This document shows positions 1 to 9,988 of a DNA stretch of 64,000 nucleotides, piece by piece. Location: assembly GCA_963977015.1 (NCBI GenBank), contig CAXBMO010000002.1, positions 32,001 to 96,000 of the forward strand. The letters run 5' to 3'. The notes under the pieces are model-generated. The model was not told the DNA's origin. It saw only the letters and a program-made list of their open reading frames with translations, and ran no database searches. The stretch's first letter is position 1. The number at the start of each line of letters is the position of its first letter. Position numbers and translations under genes: made by a program. This DNA is from an uncultured bacterium (lineage in GTDB: Bacteria; Verrucomicrobiota; Verrucomicrobiia; Verrucomicrobiales; DEV007).

Positions 1-373
1 CGGGAAGCCCGTGCATCAGGGCCAGCACCTTGATATCAGAACGCAGGCTCTGCTTACCAGTGGCTGAATCTCGAACCGGCATCCACCAGCCGCCGGCCAA
101 GAGCGCGTCTCGAAGGGGATCGTGAATCTTTTCCTTAAAATCGTCGCGGGAAATCTCCTCGGTTGTTGGACAGTCCAGGATCACCACGTTGCGCGAAGCA
201 ATCTCCCGCGCCTTGGCATAGTAGCGCGCCAACTCCACCGAACCCGGAGCGTTCTTGTTGCAGACGATCAAGGTAAACTGGGAGTAAATCGACGCTCGAA
301 CCTCTGGCGGTTCAGAACCCAAACTCAGAGCAACCCCGAGAATCGACACAAAAGCTGATAATTGGAATCTCAA
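1..373 (-). CDS. TIGR03790-family protein, N-terminal part (runs off the left edge of the window)
   Basis: Not in the ORF track. Manual minus-strand translation from TTG at 373 (or 376) gives LRFQLSAFVSILGVALSLGSEPPEVRASIYSQFTLIVCNKNAPGSVELARYYAKAREIASRNVVILDCPTTEEISRDDFKEKIHDPLRDAL...IKVLALMHGLP. This is a signal peptide followed by the N...S..LA.YYA..R.I...N / ISR..F...I..PL / LM.G.P pattern of TIGR03790. Confidence 0.75.
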   Translation of the reverse strand, partial: MRFQLSAFVSILGVALSLGSEPPEVRASIYSQFTLIVCNKNAPGSVELARYYAKAREIASRNVVILDCPTTEEISRDDFKEKIHDPLRDALLAGGWWMPVRDSATGKQSLRSDIKVLALMHGLP

Positions 374-388
374 CAAAGTACTTTCGGG

Positions 389-1171
389 TTAGACGAGGTG
401 AAGCTTCAAGCCATCGTAGGCAAAGTTCGTTCCGCCGGGTAGTTTCGCGTCATCGACATCGTGATCAATATCATGGCACATATGAGTCAGCCAGGCTTCT
501 CCCGGGTTCAGGCGCTCAACGGTCTTCAAGGCCTCGTCGACACTGTAATGGGTTGGAAGCTCACGATAACTGGTGGCGTCCAGAATCAGGCAATCAAGAC
601 CGCCCATCAACTCCAGCACCTCTTCATGGATGAACTTACAATCGGGAACGTAGGCAAACCTTTTCCCGCCTCCGTCGAACCGGTAACCAATGGTTCGCAC
701 CTTGCCATGCTGAACCTCCAAAGGAGTAACTTCAACCGGCCCCAGTTGAAACGGTCCGTTCACTTCGTTGGCAATGGGTTTGACGTAAACCGCGTACCAA
801 TTGGCCCGATCAAACGCGAAACCGAACGCCGTTTTGATCTGGTTGAGGCACTCTGGAGTTCCGTAAATCGGAATCGTCGCGTCATCGCCGCGACAAAATC
901 GCCGCAGATCGTCAAATCCCATGATGTGATCGCTATGCGCATGGGTAAATAAGGCGGCTTCGAGATCGATAATGCCTTCGCGAAGACACTGCGCCCGAAA
1001 ATCCGGCCCAGTATCAATCACAAAGCGGAAATCCGAGAACTCGATATGGATAGAAGTGCGTAAACGTTGATTTCGCGGATTGGAAGACGTGCAGACAGAG
1101 CATGCACAGCCCACCATCGGCACACCAACGGAGGTGCCAGTGCCAAGAAAAGTGATTCGAAATCCACTCAT
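389..1171 (-). CDS. MBL-fold metallo-hydrolase, PhnP/YycJ-like phosphodiesterase
   Basis: LGTGTS.GVP..GC.C..C, IDTGPDFR.Q and THAHSDH (HxHxDH) motifs, plus THMCH and AYDG at the C-terminus. Confidence 0.9.
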   Translation of the reverse strand: MSGFRITFLGTGTSVGVPMVGCACSVCTSSNPRNQRLRTSIHIEFSDFRFVIDTGPDFRAQCLREGIIDLEAALFTHAHSDHIMGFDDLRRFCRGDDATIPIYGTPECLNQIKTAFGFAFDRANWYAVYVKPIANEVNGPFQLGPVEVTPLEVQHGKVRTIGYRFDGGGKRFAYVPDCKFIHEEVLELMGGLDCLILDATSYRELPTHYSVDEALKTVERLNPGEAWLTHMCHDIDHDVDDAKLPGGTNFAYDGLKLHLV

Positions 1172-1352
1172 GGGAGGAGGTAGTCCGGCACTCTGAAGGA
1201 TCGGAACCCTATGTCCACCTCTTCCTTAAGAATCCCAAAATGGATAACGAAAGAAAGACTGGAACTCTATTTCTATTATTATTTTTCATACTTTTCATAA
1301 TTTAGTTGGCGCATTTTTGGGAAAAGCCGTATTCTGCTCATGCTCACTCATT

Positions 1353-2975
1353 ATGAACGTTTCATTCCTTGCTTGGGGAAACCTGTCTTCAAAACGCCCC
1401 TCTCCCCCAATCGATCGCGCCTTCTCGTTCGTTGAGGTTTTTATCACCCTATCGGTGATGGCAGTCGTCGCGGCATCTGCCTATGTGGTGGCAGGCAATG
1501 TTACGAAAAACACCCAGTTAACCAAGCTGGAGATCGACGTGACTGAGATCAATACTTCGATCAGAATGTATCTGGCGAGTGGCGGGAACTTGACTGGCGT
1601 CTCAACCCCACAACAAATCATCGACAAACTGAAAACGAGCCGCACCGCCGAAGCGGATTCACGCTACTCGGGTCTTTCCTCATCGATGGCCGATGCACGA
1701 CTCAAAGCCGTGATGCAGACCGCGAGCGAAGCTGCAGCCTCCAATCCCAGAGCGGTTTGGAACTCCGGAAATCAGCGTTTTGAGATTGCAGGCTCTGGCC
1801 CCATTGGCGTTAAGCATTTCACGCTGGATGATTCACTGGCAAGCGTTGACTACGGAACGGAGAACCGGGATCCCTCGATGGTCGACATCAATCCGGAGGA
1901 TGGCTGGATCTGGACCTACAACGATACCCAGGCTTCCGCGGCTCCCGAACCAACCAACGTGCCATTTCCTCCAGCTTCAAGTGGCGGAGGCAGTTCAGGA
2001 ACGGGCTCTTCCAGTTCTTCCTCCGGCAGCAGCGGAAGCGAAGGCAGCAGTAGTGGCTCAACGGACGGATCCAGCGATTCTGGATCAGGAGGAGATGGCA
2101 ATTCGGATGATGGCGGCGACGGAGATGATGGCCCACCCCCACCGCAAAGACTTTACCGACCGCAAATCTATCCAACCACAACCAAACAACCGGAAACGAA
2201 CTTTCCGCTCACGATCACGATTACGGATTACAACGATCCCGCGACATCAGATTTGAAATACAAGGTGGATGGAGGTTCCTGGGCTACCTATGCTGGGGGA
2301 TTTCAGATTAACGCCAACCAGCGGGTCGAGGCCCGAGCTTTCGCTCTGAACACCGCAACCCATACCGACAGCTCGACGCGGAGTCGCACCTATCGCCCCT
2401 TGGTCTCGAGTTTTACCGGAAATTTGAGCCCAACCTGGACGAACGCCACGGGTGGACAAAACTTGGAATATGAGATTACGACAGGCGGCACGACGGAAAC
2501 GACGCTGACGCATGGTGACACGACTCTCTTCATTGGAGGAGAGGAGCAGGAAGCCGGCACCGCAAACATGTTGACCTTTGAAGCCAACAGCTTCGGAGCC
2601 GAACTCGACCAGCAGTTTTCCCTGGGAGAAATGAGCTTCTTCAACGGCAGCACGTTCAACCAAAGTGATGCTGACTCTGTCACCCTGAGCCTGGTGCTCG
2701 ACTTGAGCGAACCGATTGAATCCCAGCAAACCGTCAATATTCCGCTTTCGTTGACCAGCACGCCGAACTCCGATGATCCCTACGACAGTGCGGACAAGGT
2801 TTCCCTGGACCAGCAATCCTTCAACCTTTCGGGGAGCATCAACGGAGTCAGTTACCGCCTTCGAATCGAATTTGGTCCGGCTCAGGCAGGAGGCTTTGGA
2901 ACGGGGTCAACCATCAGCGCGTTCGAAGGCGCGGAGGTGACTGCCGAAATCTACGGAAAGTTCGAGGCGCGATAA
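1353..2975 (+). CDS. Prepilin-like (type IV pilin N-terminus) protein with Gly/Ser linker, Fn3-associated-like domain and C-terminal choice-of-anchor-K-like domain
   Basis: RA|FSFVEVFITLSVMAVVAASAY class III cleavage motif; Ser/Gly/Asp-rich linker; LKYKVDGGSW...V.ARAF segment; C-terminal FSLGEMSFFNGS...TPNSDDPYDSADKV...F...EG pattern. ATG at 1353 preferred over TTG at 1317. Confidence 0.7.
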   Translation: MNVSFLAWGNLSSKRPSPPIDRAFSFVEVFITLSVMAVVAASAYVVAGNVTKNTQLTKLEIDVTEINTSIRMYLASGGNLTGVSTPQQIIDKLKTSRTAEADSRYSGLSSSMADARLKAVMQTASEAAASNPRAVWNSGNQRFEIAGSGPIGVKHFTLDDSLASVDYGTENRDPSMVDINPEDGWIWTYNDTQASAAPEPTNVPFPPASSGGGSSGTGSSSSSSGSSGSEGSSSGSTDGSSDSGSGGDGNSDDGGDGDDGPPPPQRLYRPQIYPTTTKQPETNFPLTITITDYNDPATSDLKYKVDGGSWATYAGGFQINANQRVEARAFALNTATHTDSSTRSRTYRPLVSSFTGNLSPTWTNATGGQNLEYEITTGGTTETTLTHGDTTLFIGGEEQEAGTANMLTFEANSFGAELDQQFSLGEMSFFNGSTFNQSDADSVTLSLVLDLSEPIESQQTVNIPLSLTSTPNSDDPYDSADKVSLDQQSFNLSGSINGVSYRLRIEFGPAQAGGFGTGSTISAFEGAEVTAEIYGKFEAR

Positions 2976-2982
2976 CAAGAAG

Positions 2983-5256
2983 TCACCGATACAGGAGGAA
3001 CTTCTCCCGCCGGTCCTTGAAATTGGCAAGTTCCCCCTCCCAAAGCGCCCGAATCTCCGAAAGGGATTTCCCAGCTCGAACCGCCTCTAGCGTTTCCGGA
3101 TGGACCAGGAGTTTGGAAAGGTTTTCCAAGTCATAATCCGGGTGAGTCTCATGAAGGATCGAAGCGATACTCAGACCGATATCAATCGGGCGGATCGTAT
3201 CGCGCTCAAGAATCTCGAAGGCAGCACCTTTGCACAATTCCCCGGCAAAGATGCTTGAGCTCGGAGTGTATTGGGTGGGCGTAAACTTAACTCCCGGCAA
3301 CTTTCGCTGGTTGAGCATGCCGACGAACTTTTCGGAATCGATGTAGGGAGCCGCCACATGCTCAAAAGGCGTCGCTGTTCCCCGCCCCACGCTGAGCCGG
3401 GTGAACTCCGGTAGACCAATCCCGGGATAGAGAATCGCCGCCTCCAAGCTGCGCATATTGGGACTTGGGTTGACCCAAGTCAGGCCGGTTTGGTCGAATC
3501 GCAGTGATCGATTCCAATGAGAAACCGGAACGATCGTCAACTCCAGATTCAAGCCCAGTTCCTCGCGAAACATGAGGGCTAGTTCCCCGACCGTCATCCC
3601 GTGCTGAATCGCGATGGGATGATGACTGGTAAACTTCCGGACGCCAACTTCGACAGGGCCATCCACCACCTTGCCGCCAATGGGATTGACACGATCCAGA
3701 ACCACAAACTTGAGCCCCTGTTCAGCAGCCGCCTCCATCGCCAGGCCCATTGTGGAAATGTAGGTGTAGAAGCGGCATCCGATGTCCTGAATGTCGAAGA
3801 CCAGCGCATCGAGCCCAGCCAACCGCTCCGCACCGGGCTTCCGATTCTCTCCGTACAAGCTGTAAATCGGCAGGCCGGTTTTGTCGTCGAGTCCATCCGA
3901 AATTTCCGGCTGATCGAGCTTTCCGCGAATTCCATGCTCCGGCCCGAACAGCGCCTTTAGATCCACACGTTTTGCGCCATGGAGAATGTCAATCGTGGTT
4001 TCGCCCTCAGCGCTAAGTCCGGTGTGGTTGGTGATCAATCCAACTTTCTGGCCCGCCAAAGGCCGAAAATCGTCCTGAACCAAAACGTCAATCCCATTGC
4101 GCGGGAGCACTCGTGGCTGGATGCGCGACTTCAATTTGTCGCCCGCTTCCGCCGCCAGGGTGGCGACGTCATACCGCAATTGACGCACATCGCCCCCCCG
4201 GGGATGATTCCGGTTCGCCAACAGGACGACGAGCATCTCCCTGCTCGGATCGACCCACATTCCCGTCCCAGTCCAGCCGGTGTGACCGTAGGACTTGCCA
4301 ATCTCAAAATGTTTGCCGCGTGGCAGCTCCGCAAGCGACGAATCCAAATCGAAGCCCAAACCGCGCCCGCCAGAGTGAATTCGGGTCATCTCGGCGACGG
4401 TTTTTCCCTTCAGAACTTGAACGCCATCCAAAATTCCCCCATTCAGCATCATGCGGGCAAACCGCGCGACATCATCAACGTCGCTGAAAACGCCCGCATG
4501 ACCGGTGACGCCGCCCATCAGTCGCGAGGTCGGATCGTGGACTTCACCTCGCAACATGCTCAAACCCAGTTTCTCCGTCGGGGCGATGCGCGATCTGAGG
4601 TTTTTTTCGGGACGAAATCCCGTTTCCCACATCCGGGCCGGTGCCCAGATTTCTCGGCGCGCGAAGCTGGCCAGAGACTCGCCGCTCACCTTCTGAACAA
4701 TCTCCCCCAAGAGGATGAAGTTCAGATCACTGTAAATCGTCGCCGTTCCAGGTTCGATTTTCGGCTCGCTTTCGTAGATCCGGATGAGGGCTTTCCGATA
4801 ACTACCAGGTCGATCATCTTTCGGAAATCCCGATTGAAGGCCGGAGGTGTGAGTCAGCAGTTGACGGATCGTAATGCCCTTTTTGCCGAATCCCTCGAAG
4901 TCCGCCAAAACGCTATTCACCGTTTGGTCGAGAGCCAACTGCCCCCGCTCCACAAGCTTCATGATCGAGGGGGCCGTTGCCATCACTTTGGTCAGCGACG
5001 CCACATCATAGATCGTATCGGCCGTGTTCGCTTCCTTCCGGGGTTTCAGGGCTCGATTTCCGTAAGCCTTCCGATAGGTATGACCTTTTGCCTCCAGATG
5101 GAGAACAGCTCCCGGCAACATCTCCTCCTGAATCGCCTCGGCGATCGTTTGATCAATTTGTTCCAGAATCCCGGGATCGAATCCTTCCGCATTCATTCTG
5201 GAATCAGCATCAACGATGGCAATGACCAAAAAAATTAGGAATGGGAATCTCTTCAT
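2983..5256 (-). CDS. Fusion of a class C beta-lactamase-like serine hydrolase and a DUF1343 (NamZ-like exo-beta-N-acetylmuramidase) domain
   Basis: N-half has ASLTK (SxxK), LLTHTSG, YSD and GHTG. C-half has GLITNHTG, LFGPEHG, FDIQDIG.RFYTY, LDR.NP, HGMT.GELA, PSPN and SVGRGT..PF. Start 5256 (MKRFPFL, signal peptide) overlaps the upstream stop as ATGA. Confidence 0.9.
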   Translation of the reverse strand: MKRFPFLIFLVIAIVDADSRMNAEGFDPGILEQIDQTIAEAIQEEMLPGAVLHLEAKGHTYRKAYGNRALKPRKEANTADTIYDVASLTKVMATAPSIMKLVERGQLALDQTVNSVLADFEGFGKKGITIRQLLTHTSGLQSGFPKDDRPGSYRKALIRIYESEPKIEPGTATIYSDLNFILLGEIVQKVSGESLASFARREIWAPARMWETGFRPEKNLRSRIAPTEKLGLSMLRGEVHDPTSRLMGGVTGHAGVFSDVDDVARFARMMLNGGILDGVQVLKGKTVAEMTRIHSGGRGLGFDLDSSLAELPRGKHFEIGKSYGHTGWTGTGMWVDPSREMLVVLLANRNHPRGGDVRQLRYDVATLAAEAGDKLKSRIQPRVLPRNGIDVLVQDDFRPLAGQKVGLITNHTGLSAEGETTIDILHGAKRVDLKALFGPEHGIRGKLDQPEISDGLDDKTGLPIYSLYGENRKPGAERLAGLDALVFDIQDIGCRFYTYISTMGLAMEAAAEQGLKFVVLDRVNPIGGKVVDGPVEVGVRKFTSHHPIAIQHGMTVGELALMFREELGLNLELTIVPVSHWNRSLRFDQTGLTWVNPSPNMRSLEAAILYPGIGLPEFTRLSVGRGTATPFEHVAAPYIDSEKFVGMLNQRKLPGVKFTPTQYTPSSSIFAGELCKGAAFEILERDTIRPIDIGLSIASILHETHPDYDLENLSKLLVHPETLEAVRAGKSLSEIRALWEGELANFKDRREKFLLYR

Positions 5257-6092
5257 GCGCTGTTTTGGACGCCATCCTTCAAGCAATCCAAGCAATATTC
5301 CTTATCATCGTTCTCGATGCGAAATTCTGCGTCCGGATCTTGCAACTCGGTCTTGCCACACTTTTCGCAGCGATGAAATGCCTCATCATCTCCCAAATGC
5401 GCGGACTCGAACCTTGCCTTCCTGAGCTTTGCTTTCTGCCGGTGTTTGAACTCGAAAGCAAACTTGGGAAGAAAAACCAGCATGTAGGGAAGCATTGCGG
5501 CAACAAACGCGATCATCGCAAACCCTTCGAGGTTCGCTCCGGCCAAACTAAAAATCGAATAGAGGGCGAATGCCAAAACGACCCAACCAATCCATTTCAT
5601 TTTGATGGGTATGACAAACATCAGCCGAATTTCATGGTCCGGAACGAGCGCCGCGGCCGCCAAAAAGATGGCCGTGTAAATAAAATTGCTACCGTAGTAG
5701 GAAATGAAGCCCTGCACCACCGGCGGCATCAGGATGATGCAAACCAAATAGAGGAGAATGCTACCGAAAACGTACATCGTTACGCGATAGGCTCCCCAGG
5801 CTTCTTCAAGAATGTCATTGATAAACCAAAGAAACAGCATCGCGACGACGCCCCACAAAATGCTGCTGGTTCGAGGAATGAAGACAAAGGTGAACAGCCG
5901 CCAAATCTGTCCGGACTTGATTTCCTGCCAGTCAAAAAGAAGCAACAACTTGTAGTCCGGTTGCATTGCGGAAATCAACACCACGATGAACTGAAAAATC
6001 GCGATCGCGCGGATCAGCCCGGGAAACGCCAGGCGCCCAAACCTTTGCTCGAGGCTGACAATAACGGGATACCAAGGATGGCGAAAATTCAT
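5253..6092 (-). CDS. Rhomboid/Derlin-like integral membrane protein with C-terminal Zn-ribbon
   Basis: About 6 TM segments, GQIWRLFTFVF and PIKMKWIGW motifs, C-terminal HRCEKCGKTE...EYCLDC. ATG at 6092 preferred. Confidence 0.65.
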   Translation of the reverse strand: MNFRHPWYPVIVSLEQRFGRLAFPGLIRAIAIFQFIVVLISAMQPDYKLLLLFDWQEIKSGQIWRLFTFVFIPRTSSILWGVVAMLFLWFINDILEEAWGAYRVTMYVFGSILLYLVCIILMPPVVQGFISYYGSNFIYTAIFLAAAALVPDHEIRLMFVIPIKMKWIGWVVLAFALYSIFSLAGANLEGFAMIAFVAAMLPYMLVFLPKFAFEFKHRQKAKLRKARFESAHLGDDEAFHRCEKCGKTELQDPDAEFRIENDDKEYCLDCLKDGVQNSA

Positions 6093-6261
6093 AGGCTGAG
6101 TTTGGGAGGTTCGAATCGAACGGGTTGGTAGACCAGTTGTCAACGCCGGAGGGGGCACAAACGCGGGAAGTTTGGAAGTGCTGCAAGATTGGCACTTCAA
6201 GCATTGACCAAAGACAGGAAAGTCGTTTATTTATTGAAATTAAAGACAACCCTCTCGAACC

Positions 6262-6981
6262 ATGCGCAAGCACCTCTCCCTCCTTCTTATCATTTCTCTC
6301 CTCGGGTCCGCGTTGATCAGTTGTAAAACCACGTCTGCTCCACGAATTCCGAGAAACCGCGCCCAGCCGGAGGAGGCCCGGGAGCCGCTTGCACCGTTTT
6401 GGAATCGCCAGGCCAACTCCATTTACGCCTCCTCTGGATCCAGCTCCAACAGGTTGATCGGCCCAGACGGTGAGAAGATTCCACGCTCGGTTCGCAGAAT
6501 GCAGGCTCTCGAAGCCAAACATCGCCGGGCGATGACAGATCCCTCCAGAGAACTGTCCTCCAGAAAATCGCGACGGGCAGCCGAATCCCAAGTAAACGAG
6601 CCCAGCCGCACCGCATCCTCATCATTATCGTCCTCGAAACCTCAAAACCGGTCATCCTCAAGGACCTCCCTTCCCCCGGCATCGGCAGAAAGCGGAGCCG
6701 ACTTTTCCCCAGAATTTGAGACATCATTTTCTCCTGCCACGTTTAACCCGGCTGACGCCATTGAGGAAACCGCCCCCGAGCCTTCGTCAGAATCCACCGT
6801 CTTTGTCCCAACCAATCTTCCGTTCGCGGTTCCGATCCCCGGCAAAGATGGCTATGTGACCCTCCCACGGGGCAATTCTTATCGCGGTGAAATCGATGTT
6901 CGCGGTATCGGCTCAGGAACTCCCGTGGAGATTCCCGACCCCAACAGCCCTGGTGAAACGGTCCAGTTTCGCGTCCCCTGA
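6262..6981 (+). CDS. Hypothetical lipoprotein with disordered middle and conserved-looking C-terminal domain
   Basis: Lipobox-like ALISC after a hydrophobic leader; Ser/Arg-rich linker; C-terminal PFAVPIPGKDGYV...IDVRG..SGT.V..PDP...FRVP. Confidence 0.7.
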   Translation: MRKHLSLLLIISLLGSALISCKTTSAPRIPRNRAQPEEAREPLAPFWNRQANSIYASSGSSSNRLIGPDGEKIPRSVRRMQALEAKHRRAMTDPSRELSSRKSRRAAESQVNEPSRTASSSLSSSKPQNRSSSRTSLPPASAESGADFSPEFETSFSPATFNPADAIEETAPEPSSESTVFVPTNLPFAVPIPGKDGYVTLPRGNSYRGEIDVRGIGSGTPVEIPDPNSPGETVQFRVP

Positions 6982-7171
6982 AATCGGGAAAGGCCATGAG
7001 TCGCGCAACGGCGGATTAAAATGGCCTAATCAGTCAAAAATTGGCGCAAGACGTCACCGCTCGGTGGCGTGTTAGTGACGGAGCCTTGTCCGATAATTTT
7101 TTGAACAGAGGCTCCGCTCGTTGTTCTGAAGTAGAGCTACGTTGTTGCCCTTTGCGTTTAACGATTTCATT

Positions 7172-9988
7172 ATGAAGAAACTTCATCTCCTAAGTCTGCT
7201 TTTTGCCGCCACCGCTTTTGCCGCAGAAAATCCAGGTTTTGACTTCTACCGCGACATTGCTCCGATCCTGGAGTTCCAGTGCGTCGAATGTCACCAAGCT
7301 GACAAAATCAAGGGAGATCTCCGGATGGATACTCATGAATGGATCATGAAGGGAGGAGATTCCGGCGCTGCAATTGTTCCGGGAAAACCTGAGGAAAGCT
7401 CCATCATCGACCGCATCACGCTTCCCGAAGACGATGTTGATGTCATGCCTCCTGAAGGAGGAACTCTCTCGGAGAAAGAAATCGCCCTTCTGGAAAACTG
7501 GATCAAGGCCGGAGCTCCTTGGCCTGAAAATGCCCAATTGATCGCCAAGAACCCGGACGATTACAAAGGGCCCCAGCCACTTCCCGATCGCGGCAAAAAG
7601 ATCAAAGAAGTTAAAGTCTACCCCGAAGCGGTTGCCCTTGAGACGGGAAAAGATCGCCAGAGTTTGGTCGTCGTCGCAAAATACGAGGACGATACGACCT
7701 ACGACGTCACCGCCAATACCGAGTTCGTGCTTGGAAAGCCTGAAATGGCTGAGAAGCGCAAACACACCTTCTACCCCAAGGCCAATGGCGAAACCGAGTT
7801 GAAAGCCAAGGTCGGAGGGATCGAAGTTAGCGTTCCCTTCAAAGTCTCTGAGGCCGAGGTGCGCAAACCCACCAGCTTCAAGCTCGATGTCATGCCGGTT
7901 TTCATGCGGGAAAACTGTAACACGGGCGAATGTCACGGTTCAGCTCGCGGTCAGGACGGATTCATGCTGTCGTTGTTCGGATATGATCCCGATGGCGATT
8001 ATCACCGCGTTACTCGAGAAATGAACGGTCGGCGGATCAATTTGGCGATTCCCGAGGAAAGCCTGCTTGTCGAGAAATCCATTGAATCGGTTCCCCACAC
8101 CGGAGGTAAACTCTTTGAGAAAGGCAGCGAAAGCTACAAAACCATGGTCGATTGGCTGGCTGCTGGAGCCAACAAGGACGAAGGCGACCTCCCTGAAGTC
8201 GTTGATATCGACGTCATGCCTCATCAACTACTCTTGGAAGGTGACGGAACGAACCATCAACTGACCGTTCGGGCCAAATATTCCGATGGAACAGACCGGG
8301 ATGTTACGCACCTCGCCGTATTCATCACCAACAATCAGCCAACGGCAGACGTCAGCAAGGATGGGCTGATCACCGCAGGAAAACGCGGAGAAGCTTTCGT
8401 CATGGCTCGCTACGACACGTTTACCGTGGGAAGCCAAGTCATCGTCATTCCCGAAGGACTGGAATACAAACGCCCAACCATCCCGTCGAACAATTACATC
8501 GACGAACTGGTACACGAAAAGCTGCACAAGCTGAGGATGGTTCCCTCAGAGATCTGCGAAGACGACATCTTTCTTCGCCGGGTTTTCATCGACGTCCTTG
8601 GCCAATTGCCTGAGCGCGATGACTATGACGCCTTCGTGGCGAGCAAAGATCCCAAGAAACGGGAAAAACTCGTCGATCAATTGCTCGACCGGAAGGAATT
8701 TACGGAAATGTGGGTGATGAAGTGGGCTGAGTTGCTTCAAATTCGCTCCAGCGGCAATGTCAACCAAGGCTTGAGCTACAAAGCCGCCCTGCTCTATTTC
8801 AATTGGCTCCAAGAGAAGATTGCCGACAACGTTCCGATGGACGAAATCGTCCAGGATCTTCTCGCCTCAACGGGAGGAACTTTCGAAAACCCTCCAACCA
8901 ACTATTACAACACGGAGAGGGACCAACTGAAAGTGGCGGAGAATGTCGCTCAGGTGTTCATGGGGTTCCGGCTTCAGTGCGCTCAGTGTCACAATCACCC
9001 ATTTGATCGATGGACGATGGATGACTACTACGGTTGGGCCTCTTTCTTCACCCAGATTGGCCGCAAGAGCACCGAAGATCCTCGGGAACAGATCATCTAC
9101 AATCGTGGCAGCGGCGATGCAAAACACCCAGTTGGCAATCGCTCGGTGAAACCTCAATTTTTGGGAGGCACAGCCCTCACCGATGATCAATTGAAAGGAA
9201 AAGACCGCCGCGAGCTCATGGCGCAATGGATGACGGCTCCAGAGAATCCTTACTTCCGCACCAACATCGCCAACATTGTTTGGTCTCACTTTTTCGGCGC
9301 AGGAATCATAGATCCCGTAGACGATGTCCGAGTGAGTAATCCTCCTTCAAATCCTGAGTTGCTGACCGCCCTTGGGAACAAATTTGTCGAATACAAGTAT
9401 GATTTCCGCAAGGTGGTCAGAGATATCTGCAATTCCAGAACCTATCAGCTTTCAACGAAGGCGAACGGAACCAACAAAGACGATTTGACCAATTTCTCGA
9501 AGGCCCGCGTTCGCAGAATGCGTGCTGAGGTTCTCCTCGACACCATCACTCAAGTCACGGAAACCAAGAACAAATTCAAGGGGTTACCTCTTGGGGCAAG
9601 GGCTGTTCAGGTTGCTGATGGAAATACCAGCAATTACTTCCTGCAAACCTTTGGACGGGCATCCCGCGAAACCGTTTGTTCCTGTGAAGTCAGAATGGAT
9701 CCGAGCCTGTCACAGGCGCTTCACCTCATGAATGGCAGCACGGTCACCTCCAAAATCGACGGAGGGGCTCTCGTTCGCCGACTGATGACGGAAAAGAAAC
9801 TCACTCCTGAACAGATTGTTGAAGATCTCTACATTCGCTGCGTGAGCCGGAAACCAACTGCTGATGAGATGAAAGCCGTCACCGAGCAGGTAAAGGCGAT
9901 TGGCGATGATCCCAAGCAGCAAGAACTGGTTCTCAATGACGTTTTCTGGGCGCTCTTGAATTCCAAGGAATATCTTTTCAACCACTAA
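7172..9988 (+). CDS. Planctomycete-type cytochrome c + Ig-like + DUF1549/DUF1553 protein
   Basis: Signal peptide MKKLHLLSLL; CVECH; CNTGECHG..GQDGF.LSLFGYDP; NNYIDELV; CAQCHNHPFDRW; PSNPELL; LFWALLNSKEY-type end. Confidence 0.9.
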   Translation: MKKLHLLSLLFAATAFAAENPGFDFYRDIAPILEFQCVECHQADKIKGDLRMDTHEWIMKGGDSGAAIVPGKPEESSIIDRITLPEDDVDVMPPEGGTLSEKEIALLENWIKAGAPWPENAQLIAKNPDDYKGPQPLPDRGKKIKEVKVYPEAVALETGKDRQSLVVVAKYEDDTTYDVTANTEFVLGKPEMAEKRKHTFYPKANGETELKAKVGGIEVSVPFKVSEAEVRKPTSFKLDVMPVFMRENCNTGECHGSARGQDGFMLSLFGYDPDGDYHRVTREMNGRRINLAIPEESLLVEKSIESVPHTGGKLFEKGSESYKTMVDWLAAGANKDEGDLPEVVDIDVMPHQLLLEGDGTNHQLTVRAKYSDGTDRDVTHLAVFITNNQPTADVSKDGLITAGKRGEAFVMARYDTFTVGSQVIVIPEGLEYKRPTIPSNNYIDELVHEKLHKLRMVPSEICEDDIFLRRVFIDVLGQLPERDDYDAFVASKDPKKREKLVDQLLDRKEFTEMWVMKWAELLQIRSSGNVNQGLSYKAALLYFNWLQEKIADNVPMDEIVQDLLASTGGTFENPPTNYYNTERDQLKVAENVAQVFMGFRLQCAQCHNHPFDRWTMDDYYGWASFFTQIGRKSTEDPREQIIYNRGSGDAKHPVGNRSVKPQFLGGTALTDDQLKGKDRRELMAQWMTAPENPYFRTNIANIVWSHFFGAGIIDPVDDVRVSNPPSNPELLTALGNKFVEYKYDFRKVVRDICNSRTYQLSTKANGTNKDDLTNFSKARVRRMRAEVLLDTITQVTETKNKFKGLPLGARAVQVADGNTSNYFLQTFGRASRETVCSCEVRMDPSLSQALHLMNGSTVTSKIDGGALVRRLMTEKKLTPEQIVEDLYIRCVSRKPTADEMKAVTEQVKAIGDDPKQQELVLNDVFWALLNSKEYLFNH

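Noticed and set aside
3979..5238. 419-aa + strand ORF
   Set aside because: Antisense shadow of the beta-lactamase/NamZ gene with no recognisable motifs.
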